The notes below the pieces were generated by a model. It was not told the origin of the DNA and made no database searches. It saw only the letters and a list, made by a program, of their open reading frames with translations. This document shows positions 1-9,690 of a DNA stretch of 64,000 nucleotides, piece after piece. Where the stretch lies: positions 1 through 64,000 of the IMG/VR virus record IMGVR_UViG_3300010397_000045. One strand, given 5' to 3'. The DNA is from a virus. The first letter of the stretch is position 1, and every line of letters starts with the position of its first letter. A program made the position numbers and the translations under genes.

Positions 1-259
1 CCGCTTTGCCTCCAGCCCGGGACCACGGGGCGCAGGGAGGGTTGCAATATACAAAATCCACGTAACCAGTATATTCGTTGATGGGCCAGGTTGATGGCTC
101 ACCCACATGCACCGGGATCTTCAAATTCTGCTCGACGGTAGCTACTCCGAATTTCCATTCTTCGAAGTGACACAACACATCGAAATGCCGGCGCACGCCC
201 AGTGAAAATCCACCCGCGTATATGTGGGCGCCGAGCGCCGTCGGTTTCTTCTTGCTCAT
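1..259 (-). CDS. Divergent C5-cytosine DNA methyltransferase-like protein, N-terminal part (runs off the window edge; absent from the ORF track)
   Basis: Manual translation from ATG 259: MSKKKPTALGAHIYAGGFSLGV...VDFVYCNPPCAPWSRAG; motif I-like (YAGGF) and motif IV-like (NPPCxxWS). Confidence 0.7.
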   Translation of the reverse strand, partial: MSKKKPTALGAHIYAGGFSLGVRRHFDVLCHFEEWKFGVATVEQNLKIPVHVGEPSTWPINEYTGYVDFVYCNPPCAPWSRAGGKA

Positions 260-260
260 A

Positions 261-500
261 TCATTCTTCCCACGCTTCAAGCGCTTCGTCCGCAGCGCCC
301 TCGGGATCGTTCTCAAAACCCGGGTTGATCCCTTCCTCATGGATCACCTCTAATTCAGCCTCGGCGGCCTCACGCGCCTTCTTTACCGTCCAGTTAGTAT
401 CTGATGACACGGGTCCACCCACATTACCTACCTGGGTCAGGCGCTCCACGATCCGCTCTTTAAAACGGATCTCCCACTCGTCACCTTGTAACTCGCTCAT
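261..500 (-). CDS. Hypothetical acidic protein
   Basis: 79-aa ORF tightly packed in the minus-strand operon. Confidence 0.6.
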   Translation of the reverse strand: MSELQGDEWEIRFKERIVERLTQVGNVGGPVSSDTNWTVKKAREAAEAELEVIHEEGINPGFENDPEGAADEALEAWEE

Positions 501-506
501 AACAGA

Positions 507-2057
507 TCACTCCTGTCTCAGTGCATCACACAGTTTCTTCTGGCTGCGGTCTTTGCGCGCCAGCACACCTGCCACACGCTCGTCACGGGTATTGCGGGCA
601 ATCAGGTGATACACCAACACCTTGTGTTTCTGCCCTAACCGGTGCACCCGCTTTATCAGCTGGATATAGTGGGTGAGCTTCCAGGTGAGTGAGTGCCAGC
701 ATACGTGGTGGCAGATCTCCTGGAGGTTCAGCCCTTCCATCATCGATGACTGGACGAGCAACGCTGAGTGGCGGCCTTCGTTGAACTCATCCATGTGCCG
801 CATGGCAAGTTGGTTGTTTACGGTGCCGTCGACAAAAGGTGTGTGCTTGCCCAACACCTTCAACAGCCGGTCGCGATCGTGGTGGAACTCGTACGCCACC
901 AGGAGCGGCTTGCCGTTCAGCTCCTCGAGCAGGGACAGCACGGCCTCTGCCTTCTCGTAATGCAGGTGCCACGGATCTTCCGCGGCGCGCTTGAGCCCAC
1001 CGTTGGCCAGCTGACGCAGCTTCAAACCCAGCACGCCTGCATTGGAGGCGTCGACCAACAGCTCCTCGTCGGCTACGTTGCGGGCCAGCGCTATGAAGTT
1101 ACCTTCCAACTCGTCATACACCTGGCGCGCATCGGGCGGCAGGTCGATGTAACGGGGAATCGTGGTCCACGGTTCGAGACCCAGGTCCTTGTCAGAGAAC
1201 CGTAAGCACACATCCTTGATCTTCTTCTCTATCAATACGTCACACTTCGGTTTCGGTACATACACGAAGAAGGTTGGTTTGGGCCGCTTCAACTGCCGGC
1301 CATCTTCCAGAGTTATGATGGGGTTCCACGGATTGCCTTCTGGATCGAGTGTCAGGAAGAACTGCTGACGGAAGTGTGTTATGAACTTTCCCAACCTCTG
1401 ACCAAGATCGAGCAAGTACATTTGCCCGAACAGATCCATATACCCCTCCGCTGCCGGCGTACCTGTAAGAATCGTGCGGCGGCCGAAGCATTGTAGGATA
1501 GACTCAATGTACCGGCTGCGATCGCTCGTCTTGGACTTGAAATGGTGAGACTCATCCACGACAAGCCAGACATTCGCATGGCGTTTACGCAGTAGCTCAA
1601 TCTCAGCTCTAAGGAACTCGATAGACTGGTACGAATTGTTAATGACATAAACATCGTGCGCCTCCCGCACAGACTCCCGGTTTTCGTGCAGGTTGGCTAC
1701 CTTGAACTCGAAACCCCACTTGACGACCTCTGCGGGCCACACTTGGTAGCATGGTTTGAGTGGCGCTACGACGACGAGCGCGTCCACATAACCGCGTTTA
1801 CGCAACAACCAGAAAGCCAACAACACGCACAGAGTCTTCCCTAGGCCGGGGTCCAAGAACAGGGCAGCGTAGGGATGCTCGAGCAACCATCTGACACCCT
1901 TCTCCTGGTACCCCTTTAGTGGAATTTTATCAATCGCAGAGACGTTGGAATGCTTCTGCGACGATGTCCGGGTCGTGCGTGACGATAACAGTCTGCCCGT
2001 ACTTACGCAAGAGTTTGTGGACTTCGAGTTGCCCTGGCGTGGGCTTTTGCTTTTCAT
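507..2057 (-). CDS. SNF2-family (DExH) helicase; start uncertain
   Basis: YQ motif, Walker A DPGLGKT, DESH, TGTP, EGLNLQ, RVHRLGQ. Confidence 0.93.
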   Translation of the reverse strand: MKSKSPRQGNSKSTNSCVSTGRLLSSRTTRTSSQKHSNVSAIDKIPLKGYQEKGVRWLLEHPYAALFLDPGLGKTLCVLLAFWLLRKRGYVDALVVVAPLKPCYQVWPAEVVKWGFEFKVANLHENRESVREAHDVYVINNSYQSIEFLRAEIELLRKRHANVWLVVDESHHFKSKTSDRSRYIESILQCFGRRTILTGTPAAEGYMDLFGQMYLLDLGQRLGKFITHFRQQFFLTLDPEGNPWNPIITLEDGRQLKRPKPTFFVYVPKPKCDVLIEKKIKDVCLRFSDKDLGLEPWTTIPRYIDLPPDARQVYDELEGNFIALARNVADEELLVDASNAGVLGLKLRQLANGGLKRAAEDPWHLHYEKAEAVLSLLEELNGKPLLVAYEFHHDRDRLLKVLGKHTPFVDGTVNNQLAMRHMDEFNEGRHSALLVQSSMMEGLNLQEICHHVCWHSLTWKLTHYIQLIKRVHRLGQKHKVLVYHLIARNTRDERVAGVLARKDRSQKKLCDALRQE

Positions 2058-2325
2058 CGCGTTTATACTCTACCCAAAGGACTTTTGATACACCCGGTTT
2101 CATGTACATTTTGTCAGGATAACTATTGTAGCCCCAACCGTTTTGCTTTTTGCCGATGCCTCCCAACGCCTTCACGCGGCGATCGCCCGCACGCTCTACA
2201 GATCTCTCGCGCTTTTTCGGAACTGTTCCGGGTCTTTCCGCAGCACTTCCGGACTTTGTATATTTCAACATGCTTCCAACTCCGGCGTTTGCGTATCGCA
2301 TCAACCGCATGGTACGTGACACCAT
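1930..2325 (-). CDS. VRR-NUC domain nuclease (true start probably downstream, near 2271)
   Basis: PD...VEYKR...PTPGQ signature, next to the SNF2 helicase. Confidence 0.8.
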   Translation of the reverse strand: MVSRTMRLMRYANAGVGSMLKYTKSGSAAERPGTVPKKRERSVERAGDRRVKALGGIGKKQNGWGYNSYPDKMYMKPGVSKVLWVEYKRDEKQKPTPGQLEVHKLLRKYGQTVIVTHDPDIVAEAFQRLCD

Positions 2326-2776
2326 ATTCGCGAGCCAACAGTGCGGTGGGTTTATCCGACAACAATATAGTGATTACCTGCATGTGATTCAACCTAGATT
2401 TGTGATGGGCGGAACCATGCACTGGATTTATGGGGCCGGTCAACAAACCCTTGCGTCGCGCATCCTGAGTGTTATTCAACGGAGTACCAAGAAAGAGGTG
2501 CGTAAACTCACAACAAATCTTATTGTCACAACTGTGACAGACCTGCATACCTTCTGGAACCAGCCCGTAGTTGTATTCCCACACGATACAGTGTGCCCCC
2601 TTTGAAGTTCTCTTACCATCTATTGTAATCCTAACCCATCCGTACCCAGATCCAGAATTGTCACGAGAACCCGTAAACTCCAAGCACCCATTTTTAGCAC
2701 GTCTACAACGTCCCATCACACGTATTATCGCCGGTGTGTTGTTAGGAAACCGTACTACGCTTTTGCTGCTTTGCAT
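2123..2776 (-). CDS. HNH homing endonuclease
   Basis: GYG...AHCIVW...VCHSCDNKICCEFTHLFLGTPLNNTQD (HNH_3-type) with C-terminal HTH (LLAREYGVTYHAVDAIR). Confidence 0.88.
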   Translation of the reverse strand: MQSSKSVVRFPNNTPAIIRVMGRCRRAKNGCLEFTGSRDNSGSGYGWVRITIDGKRTSKGAHCIVWEYNYGLVPEGMQVCHSCDNKICCEFTHLFLGTPLNNTQDARRKGLLTGPINPVHGSAHHKSRLNHMQVITILLSDKPTALLAREYGVTYHAVDAIRKRRSWKHVEIYKVRKCCGKTRNSSEKAREICRACGRSPREGVGRHRQKAKRLGLQ

Positions 2777-3459
2777 GGCCCACCTCGTTTTGAACTGTAG
2801 AAGCAACGGCTACACTTGAACTCAGTAGGCGTAGGAGCGAGCCTGCTGTCGCTGATGACTTTAGCCGCTTCGCCCTCCCAGTATTTCCTGAGCTTTGTTT
2901 TGAGCTTGTTGAACGGCGCCTCGTAGACATGTATTACCCTCGGAAGTTCCTCATGTGACACGTACCACAGCGCGGTCTCGATCGTCCGCGGCAACTGGTG
3001 GGCCGTGAGCAGCTCGGTGAGCACATACAGCTGCAGCTGCTCCTCATCCTTCTCAGGCCGTAGCTTGCCGGTCTTGTAATCGGTAAGCCTGATGGTGTTG
3101 GGAGCCGGAGAGTGGCGCAAGTCGATTTTCATACGCCAGCGCACCTGGGGGTCGAAGTACCCACACTGCTGCCACTTGATATCGAACGCGTATTGCGACT
3201 CGCAGCGCCGCTCCGGGTCCTTGCGGATCTTCGTGAGTTCAGGCCGCAGCGCACCCATTGACGTCGGGTACTTGGGGGGCACCCTGCCTGGGTGGCCCAC
3301 GTAGACCTCGAGCGCCTTGTGCACCCGGTTGCCTTCGTCCATGGCAGGTGTCGAAGGTTGCTTGAGCCCCATGATAGCAGAAAAGCGCAGTTGCGCCGGG
3401 CACCACCTCCAAGTTGATATGCGGGAGTAACTCACGGCCGTGATCTTCTTGTCTGACAT
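2755..3459 (-). CDS. PD-(D/E)XK Cas4/RecB-like exonuclease
   Basis: SYSRI..W..CP, GNRVH, KID...DYKTGK, QL.LY, C-terminal CSRC...C cysteine cluster. Confidence 0.88.
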   Translation of the reverse strand: MSDKKITAVSYSRISTWRWCPAQLRFSAIMGLKQPSTPAMDEGNRVHKALEVYVGHPGRVPPKYPTSMGALRPELTKIRKDPERRCESQYAFDIKWQQCGYFDPQVRWRMKIDLRHSPAPNTIRLTDYKTGKLRPEKDEEQLQLYVLTELLTAHQLPRTIETALWYVSHEELPRVIHVYEAPFNKLKTKLRKYWEGEAAKVISDSRLAPTPTEFKCSRCFYSSKRGGPCKAAKA

Positions 3460-3505
3460 GTTAAATTTACCTTCTGTGGATCTGTCGAATCAACCCACAG
3501 ATACC

Positions 3506-4329
3506 CTATTTGCGCCGCCGCTTCTTTGGTTTTCCAAATATCTTCTTTTCAAACTCTTCCATGTTCACAACACCGCGCAAGGCTTCCTCGGCTCTGCGCA
3601 GGCGCACGTCCGCGAGCTGAGCCCGCAGATCTGTCAGGTGTTCCTTGAGATTGTTGCGTGCCAGCGATGTCATGAGCAACGCCGATTCGCACCAGTCGAG
3701 CTGTGTGACATCTGCGCTGCTCATCGTTTGGCTTCTTTCGGAACGTGCTGTTCAAAGATGACTCCTGTGTTGGTCTCTCCATTCCACAAGGCCGCCGTGC
3801 CGCCACGTGGAGGCTCAGTGAATTGGTAGGAGTTCTCAGGCACACCGATGGTTGCATGAGGTCCTGAAAGTCCAGCCGCGCGGCAGACCCGACACCACTC
3901 ATTATAATCGGCGTATCGTTTCATTCACCTCTCCTCATCCGGTGCACCGTCACCCGCAGGGCCAGGATCTCGGCTATTCATCCGGCGCAGCATCCGTCCA
4001 CCGGCGGTGTTGCGGCCAGCACTCTGGGCTTCCCAGGCTATGTAGCAGATGTCCGTGCAGATCCTTGGCCATGTTGACAAACCGGGTGATCTCTTCCTCG
4101 GTAGGTTCTACACGCATATCGCTCATGTCTTTTCACCCCATTCAACCCAGACGCCCTGTGCGAAGCTGGCGACCGGGTTACGACCGTTGCAGACCCCACC
4201 ATCCCACTCAAGATACACGGTCAGGCAACCGTCGCCCTCCACATGGCAGGTGTACCACTTGTTAGCCCCGTCAGTCCGGAAGTATCGCACCTCTTGATCT
4301 TTCAACACAACGCGGATGGCGTTACTCAT
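3506..4329 (-). other. Cluster of short hypothetical genes (3506-3724, 3721-3924, 4123-4329)
   Basis: Small ORFs, some with ATGA-type stop/start overlaps, in the early operon. Confidence 0.55.
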
Positions 4330-6212
4330 ACGTTCACCTTCACCGTCTTAGCCCAACTGCGCCCCGTGGAACCGTCGGACAACATAGGTACTTTGAACTT
4401 AACGTCTGCCATGCACTCGTTGAGGCACTCGTGGGCTGTCATGTGGTTCACGAACTGGGCGAGTGTCAACAGCTCATCATGCACCTGCAGGATCAACGGG
4501 AACTCATCGTCGTAGCCGGCCTCGTAGTAATTCAACATCGCTTTTTTGGTACAGTCGGCCGCGGACCCTTGCACGTACGTGTTGAGCATCTTGTAACCGA
4601 AGTCCATCACGCGGTTGAACTTCTTTACGAACTTCGGCGGCTCGCAGTAGTAGCGCCGGCCACCCCATGTGAAGAGTGGCTCGCCCGACTTCGCGAGCGC
4701 ATCCAACTCTTCCTTGAGCGTCTTCAGCCCCGGCAGCGCCGCCGCATGGGCCCGAAGTAGGATACGCGCCTGTTTCAAGGGCAACCCCAACTTCAAGGCG
4801 AGCTTGGTGATACCCATGCCGTAGATCACGCCGAAGTTGATATCCTTAGTCTGGCGGCGCTCGACTATGATGTGCACCAGTTCCTCGATCAGTTCCTTGA
4901 CGGCTACGTGCGCGTCGATCTTGGGGTTGTCCAAGTACTTGGCGAGGAACGGACCGTTCTCACGATCGGCCAGGATGCGCAACTCCTGCTGGGAGTAGTC
5001 GCGCTTGATGATGCACAACCGACCCGCCTTGAACCTGACGCCGTTCAACTCAACGCCCGGCACAATGTAATCACGTACCACCGGCATGTTGGGGTCGTCC
5101 ACTTTGCGCGGCACATTCTGCAGGTTTGGGGTCATCGACAGGCGCCCCGTCTCGGTACCGACCTGCTTCTTGCTGCTGCCGTGGTAGTCCTGCCGTACCT
5201 GGTTGTAGCGGGCGTAAAACCGGCCGCCGTTCTCACGGCCCTGAATCAGCCACGGCCGCATGAACGTCGATAGGAAGGTCTGTAGCTGGCTACGGCGTTC
5301 GAGCAGACCTATCAGCACCGGGTCGGCCTCGACCTCTCTCAAGCTGTCTATGGAGGTCGAACGCTGGCCCGTAGGGTGCGCCTGCGACGGATCGGTCATA
5401 ATCCACTCTTTTACGGCGCCGACCCGCTCGAGCGCATCTGCCAGGGAGTCTCCCGACCAGGTAAAATCATCCCACTGGGACTTCGGGACCTTCAACCGCT
5501 TCTTGAGTGCCGCCTCCATCTTGTTGAGAGTCTTCTCATACACCGGAATGTCCTTCTCCAACCGGCGCGTCGCCACCGGCACCCCGCGGCGCTCCATACG
5601 AATCATGACCCGTGTCAGGTTGCGCTCGCGATCGTAGGCTCCGACAAGTCTGGGCTCACCCAACACGGTCTTGACATACCGGCGGAACAGACCCGCGGTG
5701 CGCGTGATGTCGCCCTTGGCATAGCGGCCAACGAGGTCGCCGGGTGCACGGGCAATGTAGGCGCCCCATCGCGTCTTTGCCTGGCGGGCCTCGGGCACAT
5801 TCTTGACAATCCAATCACGCAGCTCGTCGCGTTCGGTCGGCGCCTCACCTAAGAGTTTCTCGGCCAACGGCTTCAACGAGAACGTGCTCGAACGGGGGTC
5901 ATCCAAGAACGCCAGGATGAGTGTATCGTGGTGTTCGGTAGGCCACGGCACACCGACGTGTGTCTCCATCACATCTAAGTCGAACCCGGCGTGGTGCCAA
6001 CAGAACACATACCCCTCACGCACCAGCGACTGATAATGGTGTTTGGCATCGGCCATAGATGAGTTGTTGTACGTCGGGTGACCCCATGCGTGGTAGAATG
6101 GCTTGTGCCCGGGTGCCATGATGGCAAGCCCTACGGGCTTAGGCGGATATCGCGGCCGCCCCTCGATGGCCTCGGTCTCGAAGTCGGCAAACGCGACGCG
6201 TTTGAGTTCCAT
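4326..6212 (-). CDS. polA: Family A DNA polymerase with 3'-5' exonuclease domain
   Basis: ExoI DFET, HHAGFD, TGRLS...PNLQN, motif A DYSQQELR, motif B RRQTKDINFGVIYG, motif C QVHDEL. Confidence 0.96.
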   Translation of the reverse strand: MELKRVAFADFETEAIEGRPRYPPKPVGLAIMAPGHKPFYHAWGHPTYNNSSMADAKHHYQSLVREGYVFCWHHAGFDLDVMETHVGVPWPTEHHDTLILAFLDDPRSSTFSLKPLAEKLLGEAPTERDELRDWIVKNVPEARQAKTRWGAYIARAPGDLVGRYAKGDITRTAGLFRRYVKTVLGEPRLVGAYDRERNLTRVMIRMERRGVPVATRRLEKDIPVYEKTLNKMEAALKKRLKVPKSQWDDFTWSGDSLADALERVGAVKEWIMTDPSQAHPTGQRSTSIDSLREVEADPVLIGLLERRSQLQTFLSTFMRPWLIQGRENGGRFYARYNQVRQDYHGSSKKQVGTETGRLSMTPNLQNVPRKVDDPNMPVVRDYIVPGVELNGVRFKAGRLCIIKRDYSQQELRILADRENGPFLAKYLDNPKIDAHVAVKELIEELVHIIVERRQTKDINFGVIYGMGITKLALKLGLPLKQARILLRAHAAALPGLKTLKEELDALAKSGEPLFTWGGRRYYCEPPKFVKKFNRVMDFGYKMLNTYVQGSAADCTKKAMLNYYEAGYDDEFPLILQVHDELLTLAQFVNHMTAHECLNECMADVKFKVPMLSDGSTGRSWAKTVKVNV

Positions 6213-6637
6213 TACTTGACATCCGTGTGTGGGTGCTGACAGTCATCAGTGATGTTGCCGTGCGCGCAGCGTGTACCCATCTGCGTGGCCAATCCCAACC
6301 TAGCCTTGGCGTTGTGCTTATCGCGTATGTCGTTCTCATGTAGGTGGATACGCTCGAGTTCCGCCGTTGCGCAATGATCCAGGTTAAGGTAGTACGCGCT
6401 GCACAACGCGCTCAAGGTCGTGCAGACGCCACCGACTTCCTGCTCCATGACACCGATGGGACGCGCATAGGCGTATCTCACCATCTGCAATGCTTCGATC
6501 TGCGTCATACCGGCAGCCTGGACCAGCTCAGCCGCTTCCTCCATGAATCTACGGCAGCGTTCGCCTTTGTTGCGCGCCACGTCCTCACCCATCACCCGCT
6601 CGACCCACAACTTGACTTTGACCTGAAAATCTGACAT
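6212..6637 (-). CDS. MazG-like nucleotide pyrophosphohydrolase
   Basis: EEAAELVQA...QEVGGV helical motif; start re-assigned to MSDFQ at 6637; abuts the polA start. Confidence 0.6.
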   Translation of the reverse strand: MSDFQVKVKLWVERVMGEDVARNKGERCRRFMEEAAELVQAAGMTQIEALQMVRYAYARPIGVMEQEVGGVCTTLSALCSAYYLNLDHCATAELERIHLHENDIRDKHNAKARLGLATQMGTRCAHGNITDDCQHPHTDVK

Positions 6638-6639
6638 GT

Positions 6640-6798
6640 TCACGGTTTCTTCTCCTCTTGCTTTGAGCACAACGGACACGATTTCCAATCCCACACGAGT
6701 GGGCCTAACGTCAATGACGGCGGAGAGGTCTGCGGCGACGCCAAGACCTGCACCATGCCCAACCCCTTGCACATCCTGCACGATCGCGACTCGGTCAT
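6640..6798 (-). CDS. Small zinc-finger-like protein
   Basis: CRMCKG...CPLC in a 52-aa ORF overlapping its upstream neighbour by ATGA. Confidence 0.45.
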   Translation of the reverse strand: MTESRSCRMCKGLGMVQVLASPQTSPPSLTLGPLVWDWKSCPLCSKQEEKKP

Positions 6799-8026
6799 GA
6801 CACCAACTCCATCTCGTCCTCGCACTCTTTCTGAAAATCGATGCCTAGGTCCTTCCTGGCGCCGATGGGCTCGTGCTGCTGATAGTCGTCGCGCCGCGGG
6901 CGCAGGCAGCAGACGCAGAACACCCACGGCCCCGAAGGAGGTGGTGGCTGCCCCTGGACGTCCACCGCATACACATCTCCACAGGGCGTCATATGACTCA
7001 AACGTTTTTCAGATCCGATGATGACAGCGACATGCTCGCCGCGCGGCATCTCATTAAAGCCGACATTTCTCGCCCACACCGGATCTCCCGGGTTGTACCT
7101 CATAACAGATCCTCCTACAACGGTACGTATCGGCGTGCTCCACACGCACAGTGCTCGATACGGTAAGACCATATGACACGTCCATATTTAACGATGGTGC
7201 TGCGGGCAACCCAACCGTGTCGCAAGCAGAAAAGTCCTTGACGACGCGTATCCACGAGCGGGATACAAATCACAATCACAGTCGATCTATTCAGTTCAGC
7301 CACTTTGGTACCAACACCGGTAGCTCATCAACAGGTTTCAATGTTGCATCCTGAGGATCAAGCGGTCGCAGCTCGGCCGTGATCTTATGGCCGAACGCGG
7401 CCTCGCGGGAGCGTATCTCCAGTATCGCCCGGTCGCAGTACCAGCGGGTGGCCTCGCGGCAGACCTCGAGTGTGGGATACGGATCGGAGCTGTTGATGAT
7501 GTCGCGAAACGACCCTCCCGGCGCGAGATGCACCAGCCGCCAGCCGTCGAGATAGTGGACGTAGTGCACACGCACCAGCAGCTCGTGCTCCACAGCCTCG
7601 AGCCCGTTGAAATCCATCATGACGGCCGCGGCAACCGCGCTGCGATCTTGATGGCATCCGCCAGGATCGCGATGGTGTTTTTGTCGTCCGTGTTCTGCAT
7701 GAGGTTCACCTGGCCATCCTGCTCGCTATACCACACCACCGCAACTGCGAGTGGCTCGGCGCCAAGATGCTTCTTCAGCACCTCTGTGATACCCTCAGCC
7801 AGCGCCTGACTGTTTACGTTGCTCATTTCAACCACTCCAAGAGTGCATCGGCTGCACCCACCGCAACTAACGACAAATCCCACAGCGAACCAGAACGGTT
7901 TGGGTTCGCCATGATGCCTTGCATCTGCATGGATGCCATCAGCTCGCGCTTGGTGAGACCTCCTTCGGCGACGATCACATCACCGACCTTGCGTAGGGTT
8001 GTAAAAGCAGATTCGTTCCCATTCAT
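6795..8026 (-). other. Cluster of short hypothetical genes (6795-7103, 7291-7620, 7617-7826, 7823-8026)
   Basis: Chain of overlapping start/stop codons; 7823-8026 has the common phage motif GLTKRELMA...MQGIMANP. Confidence 0.55.
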
Positions 8027-8613
8027 ACTACCACCTTTGTATTGAACCGGCGCAGCCGGGTATCGTTCGGTAAATACAAGGGGTGCTTGGGTTGACCCGA
8101 AGCAGTTACCCCCAGCGAATATAGTTTCGCCGACCCCATCCAACCTACGACTGTCTGGTTTTGTCCCAGGTAGGACCCGTGATTACCCCAGGCGCAGACC
8201 ACCAGACCGGTATCTAGCGTCATAGTTGCGTTCTCGACTGCCGTCATGTTGTCAACGCCTACCGCTTCGTCCAGGTTCAACCTGAAAAGCTCCTCCGGTA
8301 TGGTAGCTCGGTAGGCAAACAAATTCACTACCTCGAGCCGCTCATATTTCCATCGCCGGGCAAATTCAACGCAGCGCTTGATGGTGGCATCATCGTGTGA
8401 ACCATCCGCCGTGGAGGGGTTCAGCATGACAAATACGCACGACTTGGGATGTCCGAGTGGATTTCCACTGCGATCTAATACCAACGATCTACCGCTGCTT
8501 ACCCAATGCCAGTTTTTCGGATCGTGCGTGCCACGCCACTCGCGCCACAACCGATAGCGGTAGCGGCCGCATTTGGATATGTCGGCGCCGGCGTCTGTGT
8601 ATGTGGGTTTCAT
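8023..8613 (-). CDS. DUF1643 domain protein
   Basis: CGRYRYRLWR...VMLNPSTAD...DDATIKRC...NLFAYRAT...AWG...PKHPLY. Confidence 0.88.
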   Translation of the reverse strand: MKPTYTDAGADISKCGRYRYRLWREWRGTHDPKNWHWVSSGRSLVLDRSGNPLGHPKSCVFVMLNPSTADGSHDDATIKRCVEFARRWKYERLEVVNLFAYRATIPEELFRLNLDEAVGVDNMTAVENATMTLDTGLVVCAWGNHGSYLGQNQTVVGWMGSAKLYSLGVTASGQPKHPLYLPNDTRLRRFNTKVVV

Positions 8614-8628
8614 TACTGCTGCCCAACA

Positions 8629-9363
8629 TCAGTAACGGTATGACACTTCACCGTTCAAACCAAACACCGTTATCGGGCTGATAATGTTGGTTTTCTTATA
8701 CTCCTCATACCTTCGTATGATCTCTGCCTGCGGCATATTCCGATCCAGCTGGTAACAGCAGTCGATGAATGTCGCCGGTATGTTGTATATATTTACGTAC
8801 GATTCTTCTAACACCGGTCTCTTTTGAACCGGTCTCTTTTGAATAGTCGGTTCATTCACGTAACGTAGTCGTTCCCACGGATCGACGCCCGAGGTAGCCG
8901 GAGCCTCTTTGAAAACTTCAGCCACCGCGCGTGCCTGCTCGAGCATTTCCTTGCGGGCCTTCTCCTTCTCACAGATCGCCTGTTGACGCGACTCCTCGCG
9001 CTCGGCGATCTCATCCAACGTCAGCTGGCGCTCAGGCATCTCCCGACGCTGCAAGCTCTTGAGCCATCCTTCTGTCTGCCGCTTGGAATCCATGCCGATA
9101 TCAACAACTTCAGGCGGTGGGGTCTGCTCAGGCGTCCTAGTTGCAAGTGCGCTGATGCCACTTTTATGTATCTTGGCAGCGATGACACGCAGTTGATCCT
9201 TCTCGCAGGTGGACAGCTCCTGCCACCTCTTCTGCAACAAGTCCAAAGCCATCTTGGCAAAGCCGCTCATCGACGGCCCGTCACCACCTTTCCAGTGAAA
9301 ACACAACCCGCACGGTGGGCGCCCACAGAAATCATCCCGCCTAGGCTCGTTTGGAATCCACAC
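8629..9363 (-). CDS. Hypothetical protein
   Basis: 244-aa ORF in operon; N-terminal Cys cluster. Confidence 0.55.
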   Translation of the reverse strand: MWIPNEPRRDDFCGRPPCGLCFHWKGGDGPSMSGFAKMALDLLQKRWQELSTCEKDQLRVIAAKIHKSGISALATRTPEQTPPPEVVDIGMDSKRQTEGWLKSLQRREMPERQLTLDEIAEREESRQQAICEKEKARKEMLEQARAVAEVFKEAPATSGVDPWERLRYVNEPTIQKRPVQKRPVLEESYVNIYNIPATFIDCCYQLDRNMPQAEIIRRYEEYKKTNIISPITVFGLNGEVSYRY

Positions 9364-9366
9364 GAC

Positions 9367-9690
9367 CTAACCCTCCATCGATTCGTCAAACAGCCATCCA
9401 AGCCCATCGGTCTTGAGGATGATCGACAGGTTGGTCCCACCCTTCATACCCAACAGTACGCGCTTCAACTCCGCCGCGCGAGCGTCGACGTCGAGGCGGC
9501 CCAATCGCTGGTTGAGACGGGTGACGATGTTAGGCCGCGGGTTGCCCGACTGCAGCTCGTTCAACATCAGTGCCGCCACCTGCCGCCGCGTAAGTCCTGG
9601 CAGAAGCTTGTTGAGCGTGGGCCAGCTCGAGGCGGCTTCAAACAAATCGACATCGGTCAGGAGCGCAGCACCCCCAGGTTGCTTCTTCAC
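9367..9690 (-). CDS. Hypothetical protein
   Basis: 107-aa ORF overlapping its upstream gene by 4 nt. Confidence 0.6.
   Translation of the reverse strand: MKKQPGGAALLTDVDLFEAASSWPTLNKLLPGLTRRQVAALMLNELQSGNPRPNIVTRLNQRLGRLDVDARAAELKRVLLGMKGGTNLSIILKTDGLGWLFDESMEG

Noticed and set aside
2123-2806. Group I intron around the HNH gene
   Set aside because: Both flanking genes appear intact, so the HNH looks free-standing.
4326-6637. Confirmed Z-genome (2-aminoadenine) system
   Set aside because: No purZ or datZ in the window, and the polymerase resemblance is from memory only.
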